A model generated the notes under the pieces. It was not told the origin of the DNA, ran no database searches, and saw nothing but the letters and a program-made list of their open reading frames with translations. A stretch of DNA of 64,000 nt from an uncultured Bifidobacterium sp. (lineage in GTDB: Bacteria > Bacteroidota > Bacteroidia > AKYH767-A > OLB10), in assembly GCA_964534995.1 (NCBI GenBank), contig CAZHSC010000001.1:63855-127854 (forward strand). The letters are read 5' to 3'. The position numbers were made by a program, and so were the translations under genes. Shown one piece after another: positions 46,048 to 56,600 of the stretch. Position 1 is the stretch's first letter. Every line of letters starts with the position of its first letter.

Positions 46048-49000
46048 ATGTCTTATAAACGCCGGCTGCTTATATTTATTTCGCTTGCTGTTGGTTTCCT
46101 GGTCACAGGAATGGCCTTGCAGTTTTGGCAGGAACGTAAAGTAGTTGCACAGGAAAAGCCGGCAGCAAATGCCGAAATCGTACTCAACAAACTGATCCGT
46201 GACCTGGATGACAGGCTTACTTTGCTGCTCCCTGAGTTAGAAGGCATTCGTTTTAATGAAAGATCCTTTTCAATGAAGGTGCAGGATATGGAGATCCCTG
46301 AATACTCCTTTTTCTTTGTTTTTGAAAACGACGTACTTAAATATTGGACTGACAACCGGGTGTTCCCTGATCCGGCGGCGATTAGCAGACTGGAAACCGG
46401 AAGGATTCATCTGATTGGTAACGGATGGTATTACCTGCAATCATATGCAAGGGGTCACAGGATCCTTACAGGGCTCTTGCTCATACAGCACCAGTATATA
46501 TTGCAGAACAAATACCTGCAAAACCGGTTCATCAAAGAACTGGGCTTGCCGTATAACACCCTGCTCGAAACAGCGGGCAACGCGAGAGGGTATGCCATTA
46601 AAAATGAAAAAGGAAAAGAGTTATTCCGCCTGAATTTTGACAATGAAGATCATCTGAACCAGTGCCCCCGTTTAATTTCGAATTTATATGGGATTGCATT
46701 GTTTTTTATCCTGCTACTGTCATTTGATGCGTTGAGGCGCTTCGCACGCAAAAGATCTGTATGGGGTATTATCCTCCTGGTTAGTATCCTCATCATCCGC
46801 TTTCTCATGGCCAGTTTTTACTGGCCGAAGGCTTTGTATGAGAGCGATCTCTTCAACAGCACCTATTATGCCAGTGGATTTATGCTCAATTCACTCGGCG
46901 ATTTGTTGATTACAGTGGCAGTAGCATTTCTGTTGATTATTTTCACCTATACCTGGCTGTTGCAGGGTAACAGGTTCAGGGAGGGGATGAAGAGCAGGGT
47001 GTTGATTCTTCTGGTGTTTTACAGCACTTTTATTTTTTCATCATTGATTAATTATCTGCTGAGCGGGTTGATTATTAACTCCCGGATTTCATTTGACATT
47101 CGTAATATTTTTCAATTGAGTGTATATACCGCCATAGGCATGCTCGTGATCGGGATGCTGTTGGGTACTTTTTACCTGCTGTGTGATGGCGGCGTGCAGT
47201 TTATCAGGAAAACAAAACTGAAATTTTCTCATGTCGCCATCCTGTTTCTGCTGTCTCAGGGATTATTCCTTGTCACACTACTGATATTCCGGAATCATGA
47301 TCTGTTTTCGGATTATGGAGTAAGCGCGTTCTTAATGGCGAATATCCTCATACTTTTTATCGGGTATATCCGGCGCGCCGACCTTCAGTTATATTCGCTT
47401 TCAAGAACCGCTCTGGTTATACTGGTGTTTTCATTGTACGCTTCGCAGATTATTTATTCCTTCAATGAAATCCGCGAACAGCAAAAAAGGCAATTGCTGG
47501 CGGCGCAACTGGAGAATGAACAGGATATTATTGCCGAGTTCCTGCTGCAAAATACCGAATCACGTTTACGCAATGACAAAACCCTGATTCGACTTTTTTC
47601 CATGTCACCGCAAATACTGATCAATTCGCCGGATGTGATCGATGACCTGGGCAGGCAACTGTCCCGGCAGTATTTCACTGGTTATCTTGGCCGGTATGAA
47701 GTGAAGTTTAAATATTTCAGTGCAAATGATTTGCCCATCAACAGGTCTGGCGACCCTTCCTGGAACCTGGATATCATCCGGGCAAGAAATGAAAAAGAAG
47801 GCAAGCCTGTTCCCGGCAGCAGTTTTAATTATTTCCGGGGTGAGAATGGCCGTGCGGAATATACCGGCCTCCTGCGTCCCGGTAGTTTGGATAATCCCCT
47901 GGGTACCCTGGTCGTTGAACTCATCGCACGTTCATCACTGGAGGAAAACGGTTTGCCCGAACTGCTGCTCAATGATAAAGTCGGGAATTCGCGCGACCTC
48001 AGTAATTATGCTTACGCCAAATACCAGCAGGGAAAGCTGGTAAACCAGTCAGGGAATTATAATTATTATTTAACGGAAGGCCCTTATTTGCAGCATATGC
48101 GCAACCTGGATGGAATGCGCTTTGTTTCTTTTGATGATCACCTGCACCTGTTTTATCGCTATGAACGCAACCTTATTATTATCAGTACGCCCAAACAGGG
48201 CATATGGGTCTGGGTTACGCTATTTTCCTACCTCTTCGCATTCTTTACATTTCTTTATATACTGCTTGATGTCTCCATTCGCTTTTTCAGAGCGGGTTTC
48301 AGACTGCGTCTGAGCTTTAACAGCAGGATACAGCTAACGATTGTCCTGATAGTAATAGGTACACTGGTATTTATTGGCGCCGCTACGGTCACCTATATCA
48401 TAGATAATTATGAAAAGGCGCAAACCAAAAGGATCAGGGAAAAACTGAATGACATCAGGGAGCTTGTAGAGAATCAACTGCGTATGCGTGGTGAACTTGG
48501 CAGCAGCATCAGCGATGACCTGCTCTATTCGTTCACCAATTTGTCGGGCACCCTGCGTACTGATTTTAATATTTATACACCCGATGGTCATTTGTATTTT
48601 TCATCGCAGCCCGGCATCTACGAGCAGGAAATCATCGCTCCCCTGATGAACCGTGTGGCCTACATGAGCCTTACTACCAACCAAAAAGCGCTTTATGTGC
48701 AAAGTGAAAATATTGGCATGCTCCGCTATATCGCGGCGTATGAACCTATCCGGAATGTAGCCAATAAAGGGATAGGCTTTTTGAGTTTACCTTATTTTGA
48801 CAGGGAAACCGAACTGAAACGTGATATCTCCGGATTCCTTGTGGCTTTGATAAATTTGTATGTGCTGCTGTTCAGTGTTTCTATCCTTGTTGCTTTCTTT
48901 ATTTCAAATCACATCACCCTGCCGCTGAGAATCATTCAGGAGAACTTACGGAGAACGAAACTCGGTGCCGTGAACCAGCCCATTGTTTGGAAGGCAAAGG

Positions 49001-49749
49001 ATGAAATTGGCGATCTGATTGAAGAATATAACCGGATGCTGGACCAGCTGCAGAAAAGCGCTGATTTACTTGCCAGGTCAGAGCGGGAAAGCGCCTGGAG
49101 GGAAATGGCGAAACAGGTAGCCCATGAAATAAAAAATCCTCTCACACCTATGAAGCTGGGCATCCAGCATCTTCAGCGGGCCATGGATGCGAAGCATCCG
49201 CAGATGGAGGAACTGGTGAAGAAGATAACGGCTACCCTGATTGAACAAATAGACACCCTGTCAAATATTGCAACCGAATTCAGTCATTTCGCCAAGATGC
49301 CCAAACCTGAGTATACACGGGTGGAACTTACCGGGGTGCTTCAGCACGCACTCGATTTATACAGTGAAGATGGCAATGCCCGCTTTGTCTTTGAAGATCA
49401 CCCGGAGGCGGCTTATGTGCAGGCGGATAAGGACCAGTTGATACGTGTATTTGGTAATCTGATAAAGAATGCCGTTCAGGCCATACCCGATGGCAGAGAG
49501 GGCCTCGTTGTCATCCGGGTGGAGGAAAGTAAGGACGAATTCCTGGTAAGTGTAAGTGATAACGGTATTGGGATACCGAATGATCAGTTACCGAAAATAT
49601 TTGTTCCCAATTTCACCACAAAGTCCGGTGGAACCGGCCTGGGCCTGGCGATGGTGAAAGCCATGGTGGAAGGCATGGGCGGGCAGGTTTGGTTTACCAC
49701 CAGAGAAAATGAGAGTACCAGTTTTTATGTGAAACTCCTGAAAAGATGA
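46048..49749 (+). CDS. large multi-TM sensor histidine kinase (no cognate regulator nearby)
   Basis: The start at ATG 46048 gives MSYKRRLLIFISLAV. It has many TM helices in two blocks and a HAMP-like segment. The HisKA H-box is MAKQVAHEIKNPLTPM. The HATPase N/G boxes are NLIKNAVQA and DNGIGIP...TTKSGGTGLGLAM. Confidence 0.85.
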   Translation: MSYKRRLLIFISLAVGFLVTGMALQFWQERKVVAQEKPAANAEIVLNKLIRDLDDRLTLLLPELEGIRFNERSFSMKVQDMEIPEYSFFFVFENDVLKYWTDNRVFPDPAAISRLETGRIHLIGNGWYYLQSYARGHRILTGLLLIQHQYILQNKYLQNRFIKELGLPYNTLLETAGNARGYAIKNEKGKELFRLNFDNEDHLNQCPRLISNLYGIALFFILLLSFDALRRFARKRSVWGIILLVSILIIRFLMASFYWPKALYESDLFNSTYYASGFMLNSLGDLLITVAVAFLLIIFTYTWLLQGNRFREGMKSRVLILLVFYSTFIFSSLINYLLSGLIINSRISFDIRNIFQLSVYTAIGMLVIGMLLGTFYLLCDGGVQFIRKTKLKFSHVAILFLLSQGLFLVTLLIFRNHDLFSDYGVSAFLMANILILFIGYIRRADLQLYSLSRTALVILVFSLYASQIIYSFNEIREQQKRQLLAAQLENEQDIIAEFLLQNTESRLRNDKTLIRLFSMSPQILINSPDVIDDLGRQLSRQYFTGYLGRYEVKFKYFSANDLPINRSGDPSWNLDIIRARNEKEGKPVPGSSFNYFRGENGRAEYTGLLRPGSLDNPLGTLVVELIARSSLEENGLPELLLNDKVGNSRDLSNYAYAKYQQGKLVNQSGNYNYYLTEGPYLQHMRNLDGMRFVSFDDHLHLFYRYERNLIIISTPKQGIWVWVTLFSYLFAFFTFLYILLDVSIRFFRAGFRLRLSFNSRIQLTIVLIVIGTLVFIGAATVTYIIDNYEKAQTKRIREKLNDIRELVENQLRMRGELGSSISDDLLYSFTNLSGTLRTDFNIYTPDGHLYFSSQPGIYEQEIIAPLMNRVAYMSLTTNQKALYVQSENIGMLRYIAAYEPIRNVANKGIGFLSLPYFDRETELKRDISGFLVALINLYVLLFSVSILVAFFISNHITLPLRIIQENLRRTKLGAVNQPIVWKAKDEIGDLIEEYNRMLDQLQKSADLLARSERESAWREMAKQVAHEIKNPLTPMKLGIQHLQRAMDAKHPQMEELVKKITATLIEQIDTLSNIATEFSHFAKMPKPEYTRVELTGVLQHALDLYSEDGNARFVFEDHPEAAYVQADKDQLIRVFGNLIKNAVQAIPDGREGLVVIRVEESKDEFLVSVSDNGIGIPNDQLPKIFVPNFTTKSGGTGLGLAMVKAMVEGMGGQVWFTTRENESTSFYVKLLKR

Positions 49750-49761
49750 TTTTAACTCAAA

Positions 49762-49789
49762 AGACGACGATCGCGTCTATCGTTTTTTC
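49762..49789. terminator. short hairpin with T-tracts on both strands between convergent HK and marR genes
   Basis: AGACG-ACGATCG-CGTCT is followed by ATCGTTTTTT on the plus strand. The same stem is followed by TTTGAG on the minus strand. Confidence 0.4.
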
Positions 49790-49800
49790 TACAGATGTTA

Positions 49801-50253
49801 TCATCCCCTCAAACGGTCCAGCAAATCATTTAACTGGGTAGTTTCGGCTTTGCTGATTCCATTCAGACGCTTCAGCCATTCATCCACATTGGCGTCAAGT
49901 TCAGCGAGTAATTCAAGGCCTTTTTGCGTAATCCAGATGTCTACCTGCCGCCTGTTGTGTTTACAGATTTCACGTTTCACCAGCGCTTTCTGTCTCAGTT
50001 TTTCAACCAGACGTGTGGCATTTGAATTTTTATCGATCATCCTTTCTGTGATATCTCCCAGGCGCAGCGCGTTCGGGAAGGAACCCCGTAGTATCCTCAA
50101 TACATTGTATTGCTGGGGGGAAATGCCATAGGGCTTCAGTCGCTGTATGTTCTGTCCTTCCAGCCAGCTGGCTGTAAATAAAATGTTCACCATCGCTTTT
50201 TCATAGTCATTGGTGAATTTGCGCTGATTGATAGCTTCTTCTATGGTTCCCAT
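49801..50253 (-). CDS. MarR family transcriptional regulator
   Basis: 150 aa with a winged-HTH pattern ...GISPQQYNVLRILRG....LRLGDITERMIDKNSNATRLVEKLRQKALVKRE...DRRQV. Confidence 0.87.
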   Translation of the reverse strand: MGTIEEAINQRKFTNDYEKAMVNILFTASWLEGQNIQRLKPYGISPQQYNVLRILRGSFPNALRLGDITERMIDKNSNATRLVEKLRQKALVKREICKHNRRQVDIWITQKGLELLAELDANVDEWLKRLNGISKAETTQLNDLLDRLRG

Positions 50254-50450
50254 CCCGCAAAGATACGATTACAATTGTTGTTGATACAAGTAAGCGCGTA
50301 TTTTATTTGACGCCCGGGTCCGTTATAAAAGAAGTATGGATGTTTTTTCCGCTGCAGACAGTCTTTTTCAATGATGAGGAAAGAGATGCAGGTGGCACAG
50401 CGCGTGTTGCTCTTGCACGCCTTACACCCATAAAGAATTATTTCCGTTTA

Positions 50451-51329
50451 TTAACCGGTATAATGCTTCAGAATGGCCCTTGTTTGCTGCAGGTAGCTGC
50501 CGCCAAAAAGATTTACATGTACCAGCAGCGGGTACAGGTTCCATAAAGCGCAACGCTCCTCCCAGCCCTTACAAAGCGGGTAGCTTTCGCAGTAAGATCT
50601 GTAAAAACCGGGGTCAAAACCGCCAAACAGAGTGGTCATGGCAATATCGGCTTCGCGGCAACTGAAGGACACGGCGGGATCTATCAGCCAGGCATTGCCG
50701 TCCTTTCCGGTGATGATATTACCTTTCCAGAGGTCGCCATGTATGAAGGAAGGTTTTTCATCCGGTATCAGCTGAGCGCTTATTTCAAAAAACTTGTCAA
50801 AAACCTTTTGATCAGCCGTGGTGATTTTGCCTTGCCGCAGAGCCAGGCGTACCTGCGGTTCCAGCCTTCGCCTGATGTAGAAGGCGGAAAGTGTTTCTTC
50901 CTGTTTGTTATCCTGCGGTAGCGAACCCATATAGTTGTTGAAGGCCAGTCCAAATTTCTCCGCCTGGTGCCGGTGCATGGATGCAAGGCTCTGTCCTAAG
51001 TTACTGAAGAAATTTTTATTTCTGGTTCCTGGTTCTACATATTCAAGGATCAATACCTGATGTTGTTTCAGTTCGGTTACGGCGACAACAGCCGGTACAG
51101 CCATGCTGTGGGTATCCATGATCATTTGCAGGCCGGCGGCCTCTGCTTTAAACATACCCGGGCAACGTGAGGATGCATGGATTTTCATGACAAAGCACCC
51201 TTCTGCGGTTTCTATTTTATAAACGGCGGAGATGCTGCCCCCGCCCAGTACATCCAGTGATATAATGTCCACAAAACGATGAAAGCTCTGTTGCCAGGAT
51301 AAACGAAAGGCGTCAGCGGGATTCATCAT
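50451..51329 (-). CDS. fructosamine/ketosamine-3-kinase family protein
   Basis: The matching segments are ...LGGGSISAVYKI...FVMKIH...MFKAEAAGL...SFIHGDLWKGNII...LIDPAVSFSCREADIAM..LFGGF. Confidence 0.87.
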   Translation of the reverse strand: MMNPADAFRLSWQQSFHRFVDIISLDVLGGGSISAVYKIETAEGCFVMKIHASSRCPGMFKAEAAGLQMIMDTHSMAVPAVVAVTELKQHQVLILEYVEPGTRNKNFFSNLGQSLASMHRHQAEKFGLAFNNYMGSLPQDNKQEETLSAFYIRRRLEPQVRLALRQGKITTADQKVFDKFFEISAQLIPDEKPSFIHGDLWKGNIITGKDGNAWLIDPAVSFSCREADIAMTTLFGGFDPGFYRSYCESYPLCKGWEERCALWNLYPLLVHVNLFGGSYLQQTRAILKHYTG

Positions 51330-51400
51330 TCTTTTTTTGGGTGAGGATCAATTGTATCCAAAGATAGGAATCTGCGCTATTGATGAAGTTGTAAATTCGT

Positions 51401-52567
51401 GTGGAGATGCCGGAATTTACAGGAAATATTCGCAGCAAGCTTCCCAAAGCGGGGACCACCATTTTCACCGTGATGTCGGGCCTCGCCAGTGAAACGGGAG
51501 CCATTAACCTGAGTCAGGGCTTTCCGGGATTTCCCGTGTCGCAGCAGTTGATAGCGTTGTATAATAACGCGATGAGAGAAGGACACAACCAGTACGCTCC
51601 CATGCAGGGCATCCGTTCATTACGGGAACGGATAGCCGAGAAAATGGAAGATCTCTATTCCTGTATCTATCACCCCGATACCGAAATTACCATTACCGCG
51701 GGTGGTACACAGGCGCTGTATACGGCCATCAGTGCTTTTGTTCATGAGGGCGATGAAGTGATAGTGCTGGAACCTGCCTATGACAGTTATGTTCCGGCCA
51801 TCACATTGGCAGGTGGCATCCCTGTGCATGTACATCTTAAACCACCTTCCTACTCCGTTCCCTGGGACGAAATCAGGAAACTGATCAACCAGCATACCAG
51901 GATGATCATCATCAATACGCCTCATAATCCAACAGGGACCATACTGTCGGCCGGCGACATGATGCAACTTGAGAAACTGACCCATGGTACCGATATCATT
52001 GTTTTAAGCGATGAGGTGTATGAGCATATCATCTTTGATGGCTACGAACACCAGAGCGTTGCCCGCTTCCCGAAACTGGCTTCACGCAGCCTTCTCGTCT
52101 TTTCTTTCGGTAAAACCTATCACGCTACCGGCTGGAAAACCGGCTATTGTCTGGGCCCCGCCAACCTGATGAAAGAATTCAGGAAAGTGCATCAGTTCAC
52201 TGTTTTCTCCGTGAATACTCCCCTGCAATACGCCCTGGCGGAATTTATGAAGGATAAGAGCAATTATAACGGTCTGCAGCAATTTTACGGGGAGAAAAGA
52301 GATTATTTCCAAAAACTGCTCGCCGGCTCGAAGTTTAAAATACTTCCCTGCAAGGGTTCCTATTTTCAGCTGCTGGATTACTCCGCCTTGTCGGATGAAA
52401 AAGATACTGACTATGCGATTCGTCTGACGAAAGAAAATGGAGTGGCTTCCATTCCTGTTTCCGTTTTCTATACGGTACCGCAGGATTATCATCTGCTGCG
52501 TTTTTGTTTCGCGAAGGAGAATGAAATGCTGGAAATGGCGGCCGATCGCCTCATCAAAATCCGTTAG
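51401..52567 (+). CDS. PLP-dependent aminotransferase, YbdL/glutamine-transaminase-K-like (methionine aminotransferase)
   Basis: The matching segments are SKLPKAGTTIFTVMSGLA...INLSQGFP...NQYAPMQG...INTPHNPTG...SFGKTYHATGWKTGY (PLP lysine). Confidence 0.88.
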   Translation: MEMPEFTGNIRSKLPKAGTTIFTVMSGLASETGAINLSQGFPGFPVSQQLIALYNNAMREGHNQYAPMQGIRSLRERIAEKMEDLYSCIYHPDTEITITAGGTQALYTAISAFVHEGDEVIVLEPAYDSYVPAITLAGGIPVHVHLKPPSYSVPWDEIRKLINQHTRMIIINTPHNPTGTILSAGDMMQLEKLTHGTDIIVLSDEVYEHIIFDGYEHQSVARFPKLASRSLLVFSFGKTYHATGWKTGYCLGPANLMKEFRKVHQFTVFSVNTPLQYALAEFMKDKSNYNGLQQFYGEKRDYFQKLLAGSKFKILPCKGSYFQLLDYSALSDEKDTDYAIRLTKENGVASIPVSVFYTVPQDYHLLRFCFAKENEMLEMAADRLIKIR

Positions 52568-52651
52568 GCTCTTCAGGCCGGGCTTTTTCGATATCCGTAA
52601 AACTTATTTTGCACTATCTTCGTGCTTACCTGAATAATCTTATGAGATAAT

Positions 52652-53461
52652 ATGCCAAAGAACCTTCATCTTACACTCGTTCAATCCCCATTGGTCTGGG
52701 AATCACCTATTGATAATTTCCGTGCTTTTAATAAGCTGTTGTCTAAATTGGGTAAGGGAGAAAGCGATGTGATCGTGTTACCGGAGATGTTCAGCACCGG
52801 ATTCAGTATGGATGCCCGGCGGCTGGCTGAGGAGATGGAAGGACCTTCTATGCAATGGATGTTTGAAACCGCACAGGGGCTGAAGGCGGCCATTTGCGGT
52901 TCGCTGATCATTAAGGAAGAGGGTAAATTTTTCAATCGTTTTATATGGATGGAACCTGACGGACATTATGATCACTACGACAAGCGACATTTGTTCCGGA
53001 TGGCTAAAGAAGAAAAGACTTTTACGGAAAGTACAGAAGGGCTGGTGATTGAATATAAGGGCTGGGGCTTTTGTCCGATGGTTTGTTACGACCTTCGCTT
53101 TCCGGTATGGAGCAGAAACAGGATCATCAGGAAAGGGAAGAAGATAAGTTATGATTATGATGTATTGCTCTATGTCGCTAACTGGCCGGCGGCAAGAAGC
53201 TATGCCTGGCAGCAACTGCTCATTGCCCGCGCCATCGAGAATCAATGTTACGTGGCAGGAGTTAACCGGATTGGTAAAGATGGGAAGGGGATTGAGTATA
53301 GCGGCGATTCCGCTTTGATTAATCCCCTTGGAGGAAAAATAAGTAATTTAAAATCCAACAAACAGGGGCTTGAAAGCATTGTGCTCAACTGGAAAGCCCT
53401 GCAGGATGTACGTAAAAGTTTCCCCGTGCTGATGGATGCTGACAGCTTTGGATTAATCTAA
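52652..53461 (+). CDS. carbon-nitrogen hydrolase, YafV/Nit2-like omega-amidase
   Basis: The matching segments are VLPEMFSTGF (catalytic E), YDKRHLFRM (K), CYDLRFPVWSRN (C) and YVANWPAARSYAWQQLLIARAIENQCYVAGVNRIG, closely following the YafV pattern I recall. Confidence 0.87.
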   Translation: MPKNLHLTLVQSPLVWESPIDNFRAFNKLLSKLGKGESDVIVLPEMFSTGFSMDARRLAEEMEGPSMQWMFETAQGLKAAICGSLIIKEEGKFFNRFIWMEPDGHYDHYDKRHLFRMAKEEKTFTESTEGLVIEYKGWGFCPMVCYDLRFPVWSRNRIIRKGKKISYDYDVLLYVANWPAARSYAWQQLLIARAIENQCYVAGVNRIGKDGKGIEYSGDSALINPLGGKISNLKSNKQGLESIVLNWKALQDVRKSFPVLMDADSFGLI

Positions 53462-53604
53462 GGTTTTCTTTTAGAATCCTGCAGCACCGGAATTAAACAC
53501 AGGGGCTGTAAGGAGTTCCACCCTTTCCTTATGTGGATGAATGCTGGTTTTAAAGTGGGAGCAACTTGTAAAAAAGTTCCCGTACAGAACTACCTGCTCC
53601 GCTA

Positions 53605-56600
53605 CTATCGCACTAGGGTAACCCTTCCGCTGTATTCCTGTGGTGCAGGTAAGCCATTGAATATTTTAAACAGGTATACATAAGTTCCTTCCGGGCACTC
53701 ATCACCGTTGTTCTGGTACCTGCCATTCCAGCCTTTCTCGAGGCTGTTTGACTGGAATACTAATTTCCCCCACCGGTCATAGATGAAGAAGTCGGCACGT
53801 TCAACACCAATGCCATACCCTGTAAAACTTTCATTGTCGCCGTCACCGTTGGGCGTAAAACCATTGGGCACATAAAATGTGGTTTCCCCCTTCACAATTA
53901 TTTCATTGTAGAAGGTGTCTACGCAGCCTTCGTTGCTGATAGCGATGAGCTCCACTTTATAACGTCCGGTATCTCCGAAGATATGTTCGGGAGACCAGTC
54001 ATATGTATTTGCAGTACCATCCCCGAAATCCCAGTGCGCGCTGATGGCGCCCGTGCTTCCGTTGATAAACTGTACTATCGGATGAAGTATGCTTACCTCC
54101 TGTGGGTCACTGTTGAAGAAGGCGACGGGCAGTGGATAAACGGTAACGACATTATTTTGGGTGAGTGCATTCTCGCATCCGTATTTATCTATAACATGCA
54201 GATATACATCATAGGAACCATCCTGCGTATAGGTGTGCGAAACGCTGCCTCCGGCAGCCTGGCTGTTATCCCCGAAATCCCAGCTGTACACAGATCCGGA
54301 TGTGGTTTGTGTAGTGGACACAAACTGCACGGTGACCGGATTACAGCCTTCGGCTTTGAGAGGCGTAAAGTTTACCAGGGGCAATGGATGTACCACCACA
54401 TACTGTTGGGCCTGGGGTTCTGTAACGGTGCAGGCATCACTCACGCTTACCATGTACAGGAAGCTGCTGTCGGGGGTGCTGGTAAAGGTGTTGCCGGGCA
54501 GGGGATTGGCATTCCAGGTATACGTATATGGTCCGCCGTTACCACCCCCTGCGTATGCGGTAAGTACGGTGCTTTCTCCTTCGCATATACTGTCTTCCGA
54601 TGCGCTAATGCTAAGCGATAAGGCAGGGTAAACCGGAACCGGGATGGTACTGATCACTCTGTCACATCCGTTGGCATCCGTAACCGTAAGTCCGTAATTT
54701 GAAGTAAAGGCCGGGTTTACGGATATGGAAGAGGAAGTGTCACTGGTACTCCACTGGTATGAATAAGAGGGGGTACCGCCGCTCACAGTCGCGCTCAGCT
54801 GAGCCGCCTGACCGATACAAATGGTATCAGGAAACACCACGCTTGCCTGAAGTGCCGTGGGTTGAGTGATGGTGTAAACCGTATCAAAGGTACAGTTGTG
54901 GGCATCGGTAATGGAAACAGAATATATGCCTGTGGGAAGCGAAGAAATACTGTTTGAAACTGAACCGGTGTTCCAGGCATACACATAAGGCGCCACACCG
55001 CCGGAGGTGATCACAGTGATGGCTGCCGTACTCATGCCGAAACAGGGGATAGGATTCACGGTGGATTGTATGCTGATGGCATCAGGCTGCGAAACAAGGA
55101 CGACCCTCGAATGGGTGCAGGCATTGGCATCGCTCACGGTGACGGTATAACTTCCGGCAACCAGGTTGTTAAGGCTGTTATTGGTACCTCCGTTTGACCA
55201 CTGGTAGGAATACGGCGCCACGCCCCCGTAATTACTGACCGAAATTTCTCCGTTGTTGCCGTTAAAGCACAACACATGTGTAACGACAGGAGTATTGAAA
55301 GCAAGAGCGGCAGGCTGTGTGATGGTTACCCCGGAAGAGGTGTTACATCCGTTGTTATCAGTAATGGTAAGCATATAACTTCCCGCACTGAGCCCGTTTA
55401 CCGCCGGTGTGGCAGATCCGTTAGACCAGTTATACTGATAGGGAGCAGTACCTCCTGTTACAGAAAATGCCGCGGCACCGTTGGTCCCTCCAAAGCAACT
55501 GACCATCGTCAGGGCCGCCTGTGTGGACACCAATGCCGGGGGTTCGCTGATGATGGTGCTCTGGAGAGAAGTGCACCCATTTAAATCAGTGATGGATACT
55601 GAATAACTACCTGCCGTAAGCCCGCCAACCTGAGCGCCGGTGGCACCATTTGACCAGGCATAGGTGTAGGGGGCAATCCCCCCGCTCACCACCGCTTCCG
55701 CATTGCCATTATTGCCGCCGTAACAGCTGACCATATTCAGTGCCGTGGCATTTAACACCAGCGGAGATGGCTCCTGAATGGCAAAAGCCCTGGCATCGCT
55801 GCAGCCAAAATTGTCCGTCACGGTAACGGTATAATTACCCGCGGATAGACCGTTGATGCTGTTGCCACTGCTTCCGTTGGACCAGGAGAGTATGTAGGGC
55901 GCTGCTCCGTTGTTGAATTGCACCTGCGCGCTGCCGTTTGCTTCCCCGTAACAATGGGCATCAGTAGTATTTACATTGCTGATGGCCGGTCCGGGAAGGC
56001 CACCAACGATCACCGGTGAAGAGGCGCTGCATCCGTTCCCGTCGCTGACCGTAACCGTATAGGTGCCGGAGTGCAGCCCGCCGGCAAGGCTTCCTGTTGC
56101 ACCCATATTCCACTGATAACTGTAGTTGCCCACACCACCACTCGCCTGCACCTGTGCACTGCCGTTAGCGGCGTTGCATTGCGTGGGGCTGCTGGAAAGC
56201 TGCAGGCTGAGCGCGGCAGGTTCCAGGATGATAATGGATTGTTGTCCCGTGCAGCCGTTTATATCCGTTACTGTTACTGTATAATTTCCGGCGCCGAGCC
56301 CTGCGGCATTCGCATTGCTTCCTCCGGCAGGATTCCATGAGTAGGAGAACGGTCCGTTGCCGCTGTTTACGGCGATACTGGCTGAACCGTCCGCAAATCC
56401 GTAACAACTGGCGGGGGTCACATTATTAACGGCAAGTTGCGGGCCTCCGGCATTGCTTACATTGGCACCCGTGGTGGCAGTGCACCCGTTGGCATCTGTA
56501 ACCACCAGGGAGTAATTCCCCGCCGGCAGTCCGGCGATGGAGGCACTTCCGGTGCTTCCGTTTGACCAGGCATACTGGTAATTACCGGTTCCTCCATTAG

